Part shown: one piece after another, positions 1 to 13,554 of the stretch | Position numbering within the stretch: position 1 is the first letter of the stretch | Layout: each line of letters begins with the position of its first letter | Origin: Mobula birostris | Taxonomy: Eukaryota | Direction: 5' to 3' | Assembly (NCBI RefSeq): GCF_030028105.1 | Contig: NC_092383.1 | Coordinates: 97,053,604-97,117,603, forward strand | DNA length: 64,000 nt | The notes under the pieces: model-generated | What the model was told of the DNA's origin: nothing | Seen by the model: the letters and a program-made list of their open reading frames with translations, nothing else | Databases searched by the model: none | Program-made: the position numbers and the translations under genes

Positions 1-107
1 GATTTGTACTCCAGGGAGCACGAAGCGCAGAATCAAATATCACTGTGATGATTATATGTTCTAGTATCAATTGTTTGGCGACAATAAAGTAAAAGTATAA
101 AGTATAT
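1..107 (+). mobile_element. 3' tail of a Rex1/Babar-type LINE
   Basis: Near-identical to 32621-32725, the tail of the RT-bearing element at 31790-32725; ends in (AAAGTAT)n-like repeats. Confidence 0.7.
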
Positions 108-559
108 AATACCATTAATCTAGTCATACTTGCCTTATACTTTAGTACTACCCATAAAGTGTCACTGGATGAGGTCTCCAGTCTGTCCTGACTGAGCACT
201 GTCGTAACATTTTCCCTGACTAGAAATGTCTCCCCCTATAATCACTCCTGCTCCATCACGTCTGAAACAAAGGAACCCCAGAACATTAAGCTGCCCTCCT
301 TCTACTCCTGTAACCAAGTCTCACTAAAGGCTACAATGTCATTATTCCATGTGCTGATTCATGTCCTAAGCTCATTTGCCTTTTCTACAATACTCCTTGC
401 ATTGAAATATATGCAGCCCAAAACATTGGTCCCACCATGCTCGTCCTTTTGATTCTTAACTTTGTATGTAGGCTTCACAGCATCTTTCTCCACCACCATT
501 CCACTATTTGCTCTGGCACTCCGTCCCCTATCCACCTGCAACACTAGTCTGAACCCCAA

Positions 560-1450
560 CTCGCGCAGCACTCGCAATCCCTCCCACTAGGATAATAATT
601 CTCCTTCTGGTTTAGGTCCAAACCATCCAATATTTATAGGTCTCATCTTTCTTGAAAGAGAACCCAATGATCCCAAATCCTGAGGCCCTCCAATGTATTA
701 AACTGTCTGATCTTACTGTTTCTGGCACATGGCACAGGTAGCAATCCTGAGATCAAAATCCTGTCCTTTATCTTAGCACCTGAATTCCCTTTGTGGAACC
801 ATGTCACTCTTCCTCCCTTTGTGGAACCATGTCACTCTTCCTAACCAATGTCATTGGTACCAACACGGACCATGATGACTGACTGCTCACCCTCCCACTT
901 AAGAATGCTGTGGGCATGATCAGAGATTTCCCTGACCCTGGCACCCAGGAGACAACAAACCATCGGGGAATCTCGTTCTCACCAACAGACCCTCCTTTCT
1001 GTTCCCCTGAACAATGAATCTCCTAACACTGTAGCTTGCCTATTCTACACTCTTCCTTCTGAGCCATAGAGCCCTACTCAGGGCCAGAGACTTGACCACT
1101 GTGGCTTTCCTCTGCCAGGTAAACCCCCTTCTCCAAAGTATCCAAAGTGAAACACCTGTTGCTGAGGGGACCAGCCTCAGGGGAACTCTGCATGGGCTTC
1201 CTGTCCTTTAGTCCCCGTCCTGACGGTCATCCAGTCCGATGTATCATACACCTCGGGTGTAACTACCTCCTTGTATGTCCTGTCTCTCTACCCATCAGCA
1301 TCCTGAATGACCCAAAGTTCGTTCAGATCCAGCTCCAACTCCTCAACACGGTCTGTTCGAAGCAGAAGCTGGATGCACTTTCTGCAGCTCTGGTTGCCAA
1401 GGAGACTGGAAGTCTGCCTGCCTTCCCCCACCCTGCAAGAAAAGCAATCC
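560..1450 (-). mobile_element. CR1 LINE ORF1 (SGNH esterase-like) relic
   Basis: Reverse strand near 930-960 encodes VCCLLGARVREIS, matching VCCLPGARVRDVS in the CR1 ORF1 at 63790; many stops; boundaries approximate. Confidence 0.65.
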
Positions 1451-1984
1451 ACTGTCCCGACTGGCATCCCCACTGTTCTAAATGTGCCTGCACTTCTCAT
1501 CACTGAAACCTTAATGAATCAAAGCCTCAGCTCCCTTCTCCAACACTGGCCCACTCATATAATTGATGCTCCACTTAAACCTAACAAATTTTATTGGACC
1601 TTACCAAGAGCCTAATTATGCACAATCCAGTGTCTCCTTGGGAAATGTGGTGCACAAAACGTGCCCACTGTCCCTGCTTGCTTCTTTTAACGTCTGTCTC
1701 ACTCTATGCAATCCAGTGTCTCCTTGGGTCTGTGGGGTGCTGTAATGTGCCGACTGCCCACACACACTTCTTTTAAACTGTCTCTCCTTCCATGCAATCC
1801 TGTTCTCCTCAGGACTGTGGCACGTAAAAGGTGTCTTAAAGGAAAAAGCTTGTCAGCAGGAGGAGGGTTGAGTGCTGGAACACACTGCCTGAGGGGGTGG
1901 TGCAGACAGAAACTCTCTAAACATTTAAGAAACTTTGCACAAGGACTTTATTTTCTGAGGTACAGCAGGCAAGAAATGGGATGA

Positions 1985-3357
1985 GGTGGATTGTCAAGTC
2001 TGCTCCAAGATTCATCACTGCTGATCCATTTCCCCCTCAACCTCAATTTCTTGCATTCTCCACGTAACCTTTCATGACCTGACTAATCAAGAACCTATCA
2101 AACTCTGTTTTAAACATACCCAGTGACTTGGCCTCCACAGCCGCCTCTGGAAATGAATTCTGCGGATTCACCATTCTCTGGCTAAGCAAGTTCCTCCTTT
2201 CTAAATGTTCATCCCTCTATTCTGAGGCTGTGTCCTCTGGTCTTATATTCCTCTTCCATTGGAAATATCATCTCCAAATACTCTCTGTTGACACCTTTCA
2301 GCATTCAATAGGTTTCAATGAGATCCCCCTCGTCCTTCTGAATTCCAGGAAGTACAGGACAAGAGACATCAAATGCTTACCAGAAAAGGCTCCCTTTATT
2401 CTCAATCTTTGCCTCCTGACAATCAGCTAATGCTCAATCCATTCTAGTATCTTTCCTGTAATATCATGGGCTCTTGTTAAGAAGACTCATATGTGTCAAC
2501 TTGTCAAAGGTTTTCTGAGAATCCAAGTACACAACCTCCACTAATTCTCCTTTGTCTGTCCTGCCTATTATCTCTTTAAAGAAGTTCTACAGAATTGTCA
2601 GGCAACATTATCCCTTGAGGAAACGAGGCTGACTTTGGCTTATTTCATCATGTGCCTCCAAGTACCTGAACAAGCGATTCCAACATCTCCCCAAGCACTG
2701 AGATAAGATTAATTGGCCTATAATTCCCTTTCTTCTACCTCTCTCCCTTCTTGGAGTCACCTCTGGACCCATGCCAAATTCTATTGATATTTGAAAGATC
2801 ATTCCTGATGCTGCCACAATCTCGTCAGTCACCTTTTTCCAGAATCTTAGGGTGTAGTCCATCTGGTCCAGTTGAGTTAGGTACCTTCAGGTCTTTCACT
2901 TTCACAAGCACCTTCTACATTGTAATGGCAACTTCACTCATTTCCACCCCGACACTCCCAAACCTCCAGCAGACTGCTGTTGTCTTCCACAGTAAACACT
3001 GAAGCAAAATACTACTTCAGTTCATCCACCATTTACTTGTCCCCCATTGCTATTACTCCAGCATCATTTTCCAGCAGCACAATATCAATTCTCACCTCTC
3101 CTTTACACCTTATATCTGCAGAAACATTTAGTATCCTCTGAAGTATTATTGGGTAGCTTATCTTTATATTCCATCTTTATGTTCCTTTTGATATTTTAAA
3201 TTGCCTTCTGGTGGTTTTTAAAAACCTGGCAATCCTCTCACTTCCCACTAATTTTTGCTCTATTGTGTGCCCTCTCTTCTGCTTTTATAGTGGCTTTGAA
3301 TTCCCTTTCACCCACAGTTGCTTCATCCTGCCTTTGGAAGATTTCTTCATTGGGATG
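1985..3357 (-). mobile_element. CR1 LINE ORF2/3' fragments, degenerate
   Basis: Reverse strand has GPDG(L)HP-type and EIVAASxMIFQ RT-region motifs plus a CR1 3' end; truncated by the Tc1 insertion. Confidence 0.75.
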
Positions 3358-3359
3358 TA

Positions 3360-5023
3360 CAGTGGTATGCAAAAGTTTGGGCACCCCGGTCAAAATTTCT
3401 GTTACTGTGAATAGTTAAGTGAGTAGAAGATGAACTATATAACCATAACCATATAACAATTACAGCACGGAAACAGCCCATCTCGGCCCTTCTAGTCCGT
3501 GCCAAACTCTTACTCTCACCTAGTCCCACCGACCTGCACTCAGCCCATAACCCTCCATTCCTTTCCTGTCCATATAGCTGTCCAATTTAACTTTAAATGA
3601 CAACATTGAACCTGCCTCAACCACTTCTGCTGGAAGCTCGTTCCACACAGCTACCACTCTCTGAGTAAAGAAGTTCCCCCTCAAGCTACCCCTAAACTTT
3701 TGCCCTTTAATTCTCAACTCATGTCCTCTTGTTTGAATTTCAAAGCATTATAAATATCCTGACTCCTCAAACCTTATCCTAACAATCAGCAGCCATGGGC
3801 TCCTTTAAGCAGCTGCCTAGCACTCTGAAAATTAAAATAAATGATGCCCACAAAGCAGGAGATGGCTATAAGAAGATAGCAAAGTGTTTTCAGGTAGCCG
3901 TTTCCTCAGTTCGCAATGTAATTAAGAAATGACAGTTAACAGGAACGGTGGAGGTCAAGTTGAGGTCTGGAAGACCAAGAAAACTTTCCGAGAGAAGTGC
4001 TCGTATGATTGCTGGAAAGGCAAATCAAAACCCCAGTTTGACTGCAAAAGACCTTCAGGAAGATTTAGCAGACCCTGGAGTGGTGGTGCAGTGTTACACT
4101 GTGCAGCGACACCTGCACAAATATGACCTTCATGAAAGAGTCATCAAAAGAAAACCTTTCCTGCGTCTTCACCACAAAATTCAGTGTCAGAGGTTTGCAA
4201 AGGAACATCTACACAAGCCTGATGCATTTTGGATACAGGTACTGTGGAGTGATGAAGTTAAAATAGAACTTCTTGGCCGCAATGTTTGGAGAAAAGTGGG
4301 TGCAGAATTTCATGAAAAGAACCCCTCTCCAACTGTTAAGTACGGGGGTGGATCGATCATGCTTTGGGCTCGTGTTGCAGCCAGTGGCACAGGGAACATT
4401 TCACTGGTACAGGGAAGAATGAATTCAATTAAATACCAGCAAATTCTGGAAGCAAACATCAAACCATCTAAAAAAAAAAGGTGAAGATAAAAAGAGGTTG
4501 GCTTCTACAACAGGATAATGATCCTAAACACACCTCAAAATCCACAATGGACTACCTCAAGAGGCAAAAGCTGAAGGATTTACCATGACCCTCACAGTCC
4601 ACCGACTTAAACATCATTGAAAATCTGTGGGTAGACCTCAAAAGAGCAGTGCATGCAAGACGGCCCAAGAATCTCACAGAACTAGAAGACTTTTGCAAGG
4701 AAGAATGGGCGAAAATCCCCCAAAACAGAATTGAAAGACTCTTAGCTGGCTACAAAAAGCGTTTACAAGCTGTGATACTTGTCAAAGGGGGCGTTACTAA
4801 GTACTGCCATGCAAGGTGCCCAAACTTTTGGTTCAGGCCCTTTTCCTTTTTTATTTTGAAACTGTAAAAGATGGAAATAAAAAAGTAATCTTGCTTAAAA
4901 TATTAAAGAAATGTGTCATCTTTAACTTTATGCCTTTTGGAAATCAGGTCATCGTTTACTCGCTTAGCTATTCACAGTAACAGAAATTTTGACCGGGGCT
5001 GCCCAAGCCTTGGCATGCCACTG
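3360..5023 (+). mobile_element. Tc1/mariner DNA transposon, full-length but frameshifted
   Basis: TIRs of about 75 bp (CAGTGGTATGCAAAAGTTTGGGCACCCC... and ...GGGGCTGCCCAAGCCTTGGCATGCCACTG), TA on both flanks; transposase motifs RSGRPRKLS, LWSDE, QQDNDPKH, NIIENLW. Confidence 0.95.
3438..3738 (-). mobile_element. CR1 3'-end fragment nested in the Tc1 element
   Basis: ORF 3520-3717 (FFTQRVVAVWNELP...GYG...AGRWD) is the CR1 ORF2 C-terminus. Confidence 0.85.
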
Positions 5024-5039
5024 TAAATATCCTACTATT

Positions 5040-7938
5040 AAAAGGACAATGAGTGTAAGGACACTTTATCTAAATGCCCATAGTATTAGAAACAAGGTTA
5101 GTGAACTTGTAGCACAGATCAGTACCAAGGCATATGACTTAGTGGTCATTACAGAAACCTGGTTGCAAGGTGGAGATGACTGGGAATTAAATACCTAAGG
5201 GGATCAGGTAATACGGAAAGATAGGCAGGAAGGCAGAGGAGCTGGAGTGGCGCTCTTGATTAGGGATGAGATCAGGGCGGTTATGAGAGACGATATAAGA
5301 TCTACAGAGCAGAATGTTGAGTCCATCTGGGTAGAGGTTAAAGGCAATAGTAAAGGGAAAAAAAAACACTGGTGGGTGTTGTCTACAGGCCACCAAATAA
5401 AAATATTACAGTGGCAGAAGCAACCAACCAAGAAATAACTGAGGCTTGTAAGAACAGAACGGCAGATGTCATGGGGGATTTTAAGTTCCACATAAATTGG
5501 GGAATCAGGTTGGTCAAAAAAGTCTTGAGGAGGACTTCTAGAATGCATCCGTGATGGCTTTCTTGAGCAGCATGTTAGTGAACCTTAAAGGGAAAATACT
5601 GTCTTGGATCCAGTCCTGTGCAATAAGACAGGTAAAATTAACAATCTTGTAGTCAGGGATCCTCTTGGAAAGAGTGACCATAGTATGGTTGAAATTCGCA
5701 TTCAGATGGAGGATGAAATAGTTAGATCTAAATCTAGTGTATTATGCTTGAACAAGGGAGACTACAACGGGATGAGGGAGGAGTTGGCTAATGTGGATTG
5801 GGAGCACAGGCTATTTGGTAGGACAGCTGAGGAACAGTGGAATATGTTCAAAGAGATTTTCACTATTATTACAGTCAAAAGTAAGGACAGTAAGTGTGGG
5901 GAGAGCCAGCCTTGGATAACAAAGGAAATAAAACATAGTATCAAATTAAAAGCTCATGTACAAAGTTGCAAAGAGTAGTTGGAGACTGGAGGATTGGGAA
6001 AACTTTAAAAAGCAACAGAGAACAACTAAACAAGAAATAAGGGAAGATAGAGTATGAAAATAAATTAGCACAAAATATAAAAACAGATAGCAAAAGTTTT
6101 TTATAAATATATAAAGCAGAAGTGGGTGGCTAAAGTCAACATAGGTCCCTTGGAAGATGAGAAGGGGAAATTGATATTGGGTGATAAGGAAATGGCTGAG
6201 GCATTGAACGACTATTTTGTGTTGGTCTTTACGGTGGAGAACACATCTAATATGCCAAAGAATGATGTTAGGGACAAAATGGAAGGTGAGGACCTCGATA
6301 AAACCACTGTCACTAAAGAGATAGTGATGAGCAAACTAGAGGGTCTGAAGGTAGTTAAGTCCCCTGGTCCTGATGGGATGCATCCTAGGGTGCTGAGGGA
6401 ATTAGCGGAGGTTATAGTAGATGCGTTGATAATCATTTATCAAAACTCTCTAGACTCTGGGCAGGTCCCAGTGGATTGGAAGCCAGCAAATGTCATGCCA
6501 CTTTTTAAAAAAAAGGATGTAGGCAAAAGAGGGGCAACTATAGGCCAGTTGGCTTAACATCTGTAGTCCGGAAAATGCTTGAAGCTGTCACTAAGGAAGA
6601 AATAGCGAAACATTTAGAAAGGAGTGGTTCCATTAGACAGACGCAGCATTGATTCAGAAAGGGCAGGTCCTGTTTGACAAACTACTGGAGTTCTTTGAGG
6701 ACATAATGAGTGCAGTGGATAGAGGGGAACAGGTGGATGTCATATACTTGGATTTCCAGAAGGCATTCGATAAGGTGCTGCACAAGAGACTTATAAATAA
6801 GATACGGATACATGGAGTCGGAGGAAGTATATTGGCATGGATAGTGGATTGGTTAATCGATAGAATGCAGAGAGTTAGTATAAATGGGTGTTTCTCCGGT
6901 TGGCAGTCAGTGGTGAGTGGGGTGCTGCAGGGGTTGGTGCTGGGCCCGCAGCTGTTTACCATTTACATTGATGATTTGGGAGAGGGGACTGATTGTAGCG
7001 TAGCAAAATTTGCCGATGACACTAAATTGAGTGGAAAAGCAAATTGTATGGAGGATGTGGAGAGTCTGCAGAGGGATATAGATAGGTTAAGTTAGTAGGC
7101 CAAGGTCTGGCAGATGGAATACATTGTTGGTAAATGCGAGATCATCCACTTTGGAAGGAATAATAGAAGAGCAGATTACTATTCAAATGGTGAAAGATTG
7201 CAGCATGCTGTTGTGCAGAGGGACTTGGGAGTGTGTGTGCATGAATCGCAAAAAGTTGGCTTGCAGGTACAACAGGTTATTAAGAAGGCAAACGGAATGT
7301 TGGCCTCATTGCCAGAGGGATTGAATTCAAGAGCAGGGAGATCATGTTGCAACTATACAGGGTACTGGTGAGACTGCACCTGGAGTACCGTGTGCAGTTC
7401 TGGTCTCCATACTTGAGGAAGGATATACTGGCTTTGGAGGCAGTGCAGAGGAGGTTCACCAGGTTGATTCCAGAATGAAGGTGTTAACTTATGAGGAGAG
7501 ATTGAGTTGCCTGGGACTATATTCTCTGGAGTTCAGAAGAATGAGAGGGGATCTTATAGAAACATACAAAGTTTTGAAAGGGACAGATAAGATATAAGTA
7601 GAAAAGTTGTTTCCATTGGTAAGTGAGACTAGAACTAGGGGACATTGCATGAAGATTCAGGGGAGAAGATTTAGGACAGAGATGAGGAGAAACTGTTTTT
7701 CCCAGAGAGTGGTGAACCTGTGGAATTGTCTGCACAGGGAAACAGTGAAGGCTTCTTCACTAAATATATTTAAGAAAGAGTTAGATAGATTTTTACATGG
7801 TAAGGGAATTAAGGGTTCTGGGGAAAAGGCATGTAAATGGAGCTGAGCTGACAGACAGATCAGCCATGATCTCATTGAATGGCAGGGCAGGCTTGATGGG
7901 CCAGATGGCCTATTCCCGTTCCTACTTCTTGTGTTCTT
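5040..7938 (+). mobile_element. CR1 LINE ORF2 (APE endonuclease + RT), degenerate
   Basis: LYLNAHSIRNK (EN), SPGPDGMHPRVL, YLDFQKAFDKV, KFADDTKL, FSQRVVNLWN; many frameshifts. Confidence 0.92.
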
Positions 7939-7939
7939 A

Positions 7940-9545
7940 ACTTCCTATTTCCTCTCAGAAACTCCAGCCACTGTTGCTCTGCTGTCATCCCTGCATCTAT
8001 TCTATGCACTCTGAAACCACATCCTTAACAAGTGATCCCAAAATCTTCCCAAGCACTAAGATAAGACTAATTGGCCTATAATTCCCTTTCTTCTGCCTTC
8101 CTGAAGAGGGGGGGTGACATTTGCAATTTTCCAGACCTCTGGACCCATGCCAAATTCTATAGATTTTTGAAAGATCATTACTGATGCTGCCACAATCTCT
8201 TCAGTCACCTTTTTCAGAATCTTAGGATGTAGTCCATCTGGTCCAGGTGAGTTAGGTACCTTCAGATCTTTTACTTTCACAAAGACCTTCTCCATTGTAA
8301 TGGCAACTTCACTCACTTCCACCCGAGACTCTCAAACCCCCAGCAGACTGCTGTTGTCTTCCACAGTAAACACTGAAGCAAAATACTACTTCAGTTCATC
8401 CACCATTTACTTGTCCCCCATTGCTATTACTCCAGCATCATTTTCCAGCAGCACAATATCGATTCTCATCTCTCTTTTACCCCTTATATATCTGCAGAAA
8501 CATTCAGTATCCTCTGAAGTATTATGGGCTAGCTTATCTTCATATTCCATCTTTACCTTCCTTTTGATATTTTAAATTGCCTTCTGGTGGTTTTTATAAA
8601 CTTGCCAGTCCTCTCACTTCCCACTAATTTTTGCTCTATTGTGTGGCCTCTCTTTGGCTTCTATGGTGGCTTTGAATTCCCTTTCACCCACAGTTGCTTC
8701 ATCCTGCCTTTGGAAGATTTCTTCTTTGGGATGTATATATCCATAACTTCCAGTTTCCTCTCAGAAACTCCAGCCACTGTTGCTCTGCTGTCATCCCTGC
8801 GAGAGACCCTTCCAATCAGTTTGGGCCAGCTCCTCCCTCACGCCTCTGAAATTCCCGTTACTCCACTGTAATACTGATACATCTGACTTCAGCTTCTCTC
8901 TCTCAAATTGCAGGGTGAATTCTATTATATTACGATCACTGCTCATGAAGGAGATCTTTACCTTAAGCTCGCTATCAATTCTGTTTCAGTGCACAACGCC
9001 CAATCCAGAATACCCCTAGTGGACTCAACCACAAGCTACCCTAAAAAGCCATATTGTAGGTATTCCACAAATTCCCCCTCTTGGGTTCCAGCACCAACCA
9101 GATTTTCCCAATAAAATTCATATTGAAATTCCCCATGATTGTTGTAACATTGCCCTCTTGATGTGCATTTTCTGTCTCCCATGGTAATCTGTAGCTCACA
9201 TCTTTGTTGCTGTTTGGAGGTCTGTATATAACTTCCATCAGAAGCTTTTTACCCTTGCATTTCTTTGCTCTACCGAAAATGATTCTACACTTTCCGATCC
9301 TAAACCATCTCTTTCTAAAGACTTGATTTCATTTTTTACCAACAGAGCCACCGCACCCTCTCTGCCTGACTACCTGCCCTTTCGACACAATGTGTGCTGG
9401 GATATTCAGCTCCCAGCTATAATCTTCTTTCAGCCCTGATTCAGTGATGTCCACAACATCATAAATGCCAATCTGTAACTATCCTGCAAGTTCATCTACC
9501 TTATTCCATATACAGCGTGCATTCAAATATAACACCTTCAGTCCT
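7940..9545 (-). mobile_element. CR1 LINE ORF2 fragments
   Basis: Reverse ORFs 8056-8322 (SPGPDGLHPKILK) and 9041-9238 (VIYRPPNS, EN domain). Confidence 0.8.
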
Positions 9546-9814
9546 GTATTCATCAAGATTTTGTCCCTCTTTAACATTGCAACTCATCATTCACAGTGTC
9601 TGTGAATCTCCAGCCCTCTGCTCAGGGAAATCCCTCCTTCCCATTTACTCTGCTCAGGCCCCTTGTTATTTTCCACCCTCCATAGTCTCCTGCTCGATAT
9701 CCCCTGTTCCAAGCAAAAGCAACCTAGACTCTCTGATCTTTCCTCTCAATAATAATGTTCCAAGCCCTGCAACAGTTTGGTAAATTCCCCCTTCACCCTT
9801 TCCAAGAGTGACCC

Positions 9815-10252
9815 GGTCTGTCCTGGGATGTGGTGAACATACTCATCTCAGTGTCGAACTGTGTTCAAACTGCGGTTGGCCACACTTCCAGCATCCCGTC
9901 CCGATCTCATCCTCCGTGTGTCCTAGCTACAGAAGCCATCTGTCTGTTTAACCCCTTATTCACCTGTCCTGTAACCTTTATGATCAGGAGACATACACTC
10001 AAAGCCCCCTCTTTCCCTCCACCCACTCGCACCCTCAGTCTGGCATTGACTCAGCCTCACTACACTGCTCTGGACCCGGGCAGTCAGTGGGGTTCAGTAA
10101 ACAGGAAAACACACAGGATCTACCCTCACCCAGTAGTTAGGGGTGTTTCAGGAACTGGTGAAAGCCGGGCCCCTCCGCGGTGTCTCACTCACCGTACACC
10201 TCCAGTCGCACTGTTGTTTTATTTATCCCGAGTTCACTCACAGTTTTTCACC
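9815..10252 (-). pseudogene. Inverted relic of the 3' end of a CD2/SLAM-like IgV exon plus following intron
   Basis: Reverse complement reads ...GGG ATA AAT AAA ACA ACA GTG CGA CTG GAG GTG TAC G|gtgagtgagacac, matching 10865-10990, with further matches to 11555-11620. Confidence 0.85.
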
Positions 10253-10569
10253 AATTCCCAAACAATCTCTACCCACCCTATTTTCTGGATTAGGTCCCAT
10301 TTGACATGTTCGTGTCCCAGCCCCCTCCCCCAACCTGGCTGCAGGCTGTAACTTTCTTCCTCAGGGCGGGGTGCAGAGAGTCTTCACTCTGTTTCCCCCC
10401 CCCCACCCCCATGGGCTCACTGTGTGGTGTAGGATCTGTGGGTCAGCTCTCTCACAGGGCTGGGAAACAGACGATGTACGGCCTGTTGCTATATCAGTGA
10501 TTCTCACAGCTCTGATTCCTCCACCAGTCACTGAGCTGATCTGCTGACTGTCTCCTCTTGTCTCCTCAG

Positions 10570-10890
10570 CTGGGACTGGGGCTTCCCCGACCACCGTGAA
10601 CAGAGCTCGGGGACACTCGGTCTCCTTACCTTCTGGGATCTCAGTCGGACCGGACGTTGCTGGTGTTGAGTGGAATCGGGTATCACCCAGAAACATGATA
10701 GTGAAGTACTCGGAGGGGAAAGTTAGCTACTTCGGTCCTGAGGAGTACAAGCGAAGGATAACCTTTCATCCTGGGGACTTCAGTCTGGAAATCCATGATC
10801 TATGGAGAGAGGACTCCGGTGATTACGAGGTGATGTTTGTAGCAGTTTCAGGAGCTGAAAGTATAACAACAGTGCGACTGGAGGTGTACG
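10570..10890 (+). CDS. Gene 1: N-terminal IgV exon of a CD2/SLAM-family receptor (no B/F-strand cysteines)
   Basis: Acceptor tctcctcag, donor G|gtgagt, 321 nt, phase 1-1, open: xGTGASPTTVNRARGHSVSLPSG...VEWNR...RITFHPGDFSLEIHDLWREDSGDYEV...VRLEVY. Confidence 0.9.
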
Positions 10891-11039
10891 GTGAGTGAGA
10901 CACTGCGGAGGGACCTGGGTTTCACCAGTTCCTGAAACACTCCTAATTAATGGGTGAGGGCAGATCCTATGTGTTCCCTTGTTTACTGAACCCCACTCCA
11001 CCATACCAGGGGCGACTCGAGTCGCAGCAGAACACTCAA

Positions 11040-11525
11040 TGGACACGATTAAATATTCCCGTTTCAGCCTGTTACAGCTAAAAAGCACAACTGCTTCCAA
11101 GGTCAGTAGTCAACAAAGATGTCTTAATGCGTTTAAACGAATTATCGCTGCTTAAAACCGACGGAAACAACAGAGTCTCTGGTCGGAAGTGCCCACGGAA
11201 AAAACCTCGCAGGAAGCGTAAGTGAAGATCAGGATTACAAGTGCGTTTAGGGAAACGGAGTTTTAAACTCCCCAGACCGACGGTCTTGCTGCCGAACATG
11301 CAGTCTCTGGTGAATAAATTCGATGATCTCAAGCCTAGGTGCTGGATCAGAGGGACATTGGGACGGGCAATATACGTCATCGATTTACTTGTTTATTTAT
11401 TGTGTTTTATTTTATTTATTATTATCATTTTCTCTCTCTACTATTATGTATTGCTTTGAACTGCTGCCACTAAGTTACAAAATTTCACATCACATGCTGG
11501 TGATAATAAACCTGATTCTGATTCT
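11040..11525 (+). mobile_element. Internally deleted Rex1/Babar-type LINE (5' ORF start joined to 3' tail)
   Basis: RLGKRSFKLPRPTVLLPNMQSLVNKFDDL (start of an EN-type ORF) followed shortly by a tail ending (GATTCT)n; absent from the inverted paralogue at 9815-10252. Confidence 0.6.
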
Positions 11526-11754
11526 AACTGTCCGTGTCCAGAGCTGGCTGGCGGTCCCAGTGTATTGTGGCTGAGTCAGTGTGAGTCTGGGGGATACATT
11601 CACCACATCCCCGGAGACTGGACCAGAGGCTGTGAAGGATTCACCAGCAAAGACCGCGTGGCTTGAGACTGGAGGAGCTGAGCACACAGGGAGTAGAGAA
11701 TGAGGGGGATAGGTCGATGGGGTAGGAGAGGGCTGGACTGGTTGGGCTCAGCGG

Positions 11755-12350
11755 TATAGACCATAAGATAAAGGATCAGAATTAGGCCATTCAGTCCATC
11801 GATTCTGCCCCACCATTCAATGACAGCTGATTTATTACTTCTCTTCGCCCCATTTTCCTGCCTTCTCTGTAACTTTCATGCCCTAATATCGAACCCATGA
11901 ACCTTCACTTCAAAGATACCAAATGGTGGCCTCCACAGCATTCTGTTACAATGAATTCCACACATTCACAACTCTCTGGCTACAGAAATCCCCTCTCACC
12001 TCTGTTCTAAATGAATGTGCCTCTATTCGAAGGCTGTGGCCTCTGGTCCCAGACTCTCTCACTGCAAAAAACATCTTCTCCACATCCACTCTAACAAGGC
12101 TTTTCAACAGTCGATAGCTTTCAATGAGATCCCCCCTGACTCATATTGCTAAATTCCAGTGAGTACAGCCCCAGAGACACTAAATGTGCCTCATATGTTA
12201 ATCCTCTCATTCCTAAAACAAATCCTGAGAACTTCCTCTGGACCCTCCCCAGTGCCAGCATATCCTTTCTTCGATAAGGGACACAGAACTGCTCACAATA
12301 CTCCAAGTGCGGTCTGACCAATGTCTAATGAAGCCTCAGGATTTCATCCT
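11755..12350 (-). mobile_element. CR1 3' fragments
   Basis: Reverse ORF 12121-12321: VRPHLEYCEQF...LGLYSLEF. Confidence 0.8.
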
Positions 12351-13554
12351 TATCAGTGTTCTGTATCTGTGGGTCACAGTTCAACAGATCCCACTGTATC
12401 CCCCGGTCAAAGGTCTGGTCTGTCATGTACATGGACTCCAGATATTCCATAGGTTTCTCAAAGCGCTGCTTGGTAATTGCTCAGACTGAGGTCTGAGCTC
12501 AGCAACGTGTTTATTCCTCAGCCTTCATGCTGGTCTGTGCTGAGTGAGACCCTGTGTATTCATTACACTGAATATAGTGTCCCAGTGAGTGACACAGTAC
12601 ACAGACACAACCACACACTTGGAAATCAAAGGCTGAGGGAGATGGAGGATTATGCTGGAGACATGAAGCCTGTGACCCAGGGTGTGCTATAGAGATCAGT
12701 ACCTTGACTCTTACAGTGCTGATCTGCAAACGAGGTGTGAGAGGTAACTGCACAGTGGCATGAAACTTGGTGGAGTTTTAGATCCTGAGTGTACGGGAAA
12801 ACATTGAACAGCTGGTAAATCAGGCAGAGCAATGCTAGGTGGAATTTAATCCTGATAAATGTGAAGTGTTGCAGACTGGAAGTGTGCACGATGCTCCCAG
12901 GATGATCTGATCCAGAGTGGAGTTTTCAACAAACTCGGAGGAAACTGAGAATATAACAGAATAAAACAGGACCTTATTGTCATTGCTCTGGACAATGAGA
13001 TTGTGGTACATCTTCTGTCCATGCAAAATTGATATTTCCATACAATGCATGCGGTTCAGCTTAAATTTTAAAAAGATAAATGAATTTAGTTTAAGTCCCA
13101 TATTTACATGCAACAAATGACTTTGATGGTCCATAACACTCAATGGCTATTCCGTCAGGACGCTGGAGCAGGGATCCAATCACAGACCCTGTACTCTGCA
13201 CACAGTGATATTAATTGAGGAGCAAATCCCAAGGTGCAATCAAAGTTGCTGTCAAAATTCAGGCAGAGACCAAAACATCCAGAGAAATCCAAAATCCAGA
13301 ATCGGGAAACAGGCAGAGTCTATATTCTGTCAACTTCTTGAACCTTCATGAGGCTCCAACTGACCTGGGTGAAGAAGCCTCTCCCAAGCTGCAGGGTCAG
13401 TGTAGAGAGATCACCGACATGTCCCTTGTGTTCCTGTCTTCACTCTCATTTTCCCATCTCCCTGTGATTGGTTCTACAGTATATTGCCATGTTGTCTGTG
13501 ATTCTGCAGTAATTGGTGGCATCGGTGCTAAAAACAGCATCATATTGATACTCA

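Noticed and set aside
2660-8735. Similarity of 2660-3357 to 8030-8735 as a local duplication
   Set aside because: Both are the same region of an abundant CR1 family with no shared unique flank; independent copies explain it.
10570-13230. V exon as a rearranging antigen-receptor segment; CACAGTG at 13201
   Set aside because: The V exon ends in a normal phase-1 donor and lacks canonical Cys; the heptamer is 2.3 kb away with a 13-nt spacer and only a 6/9 nonamer match.
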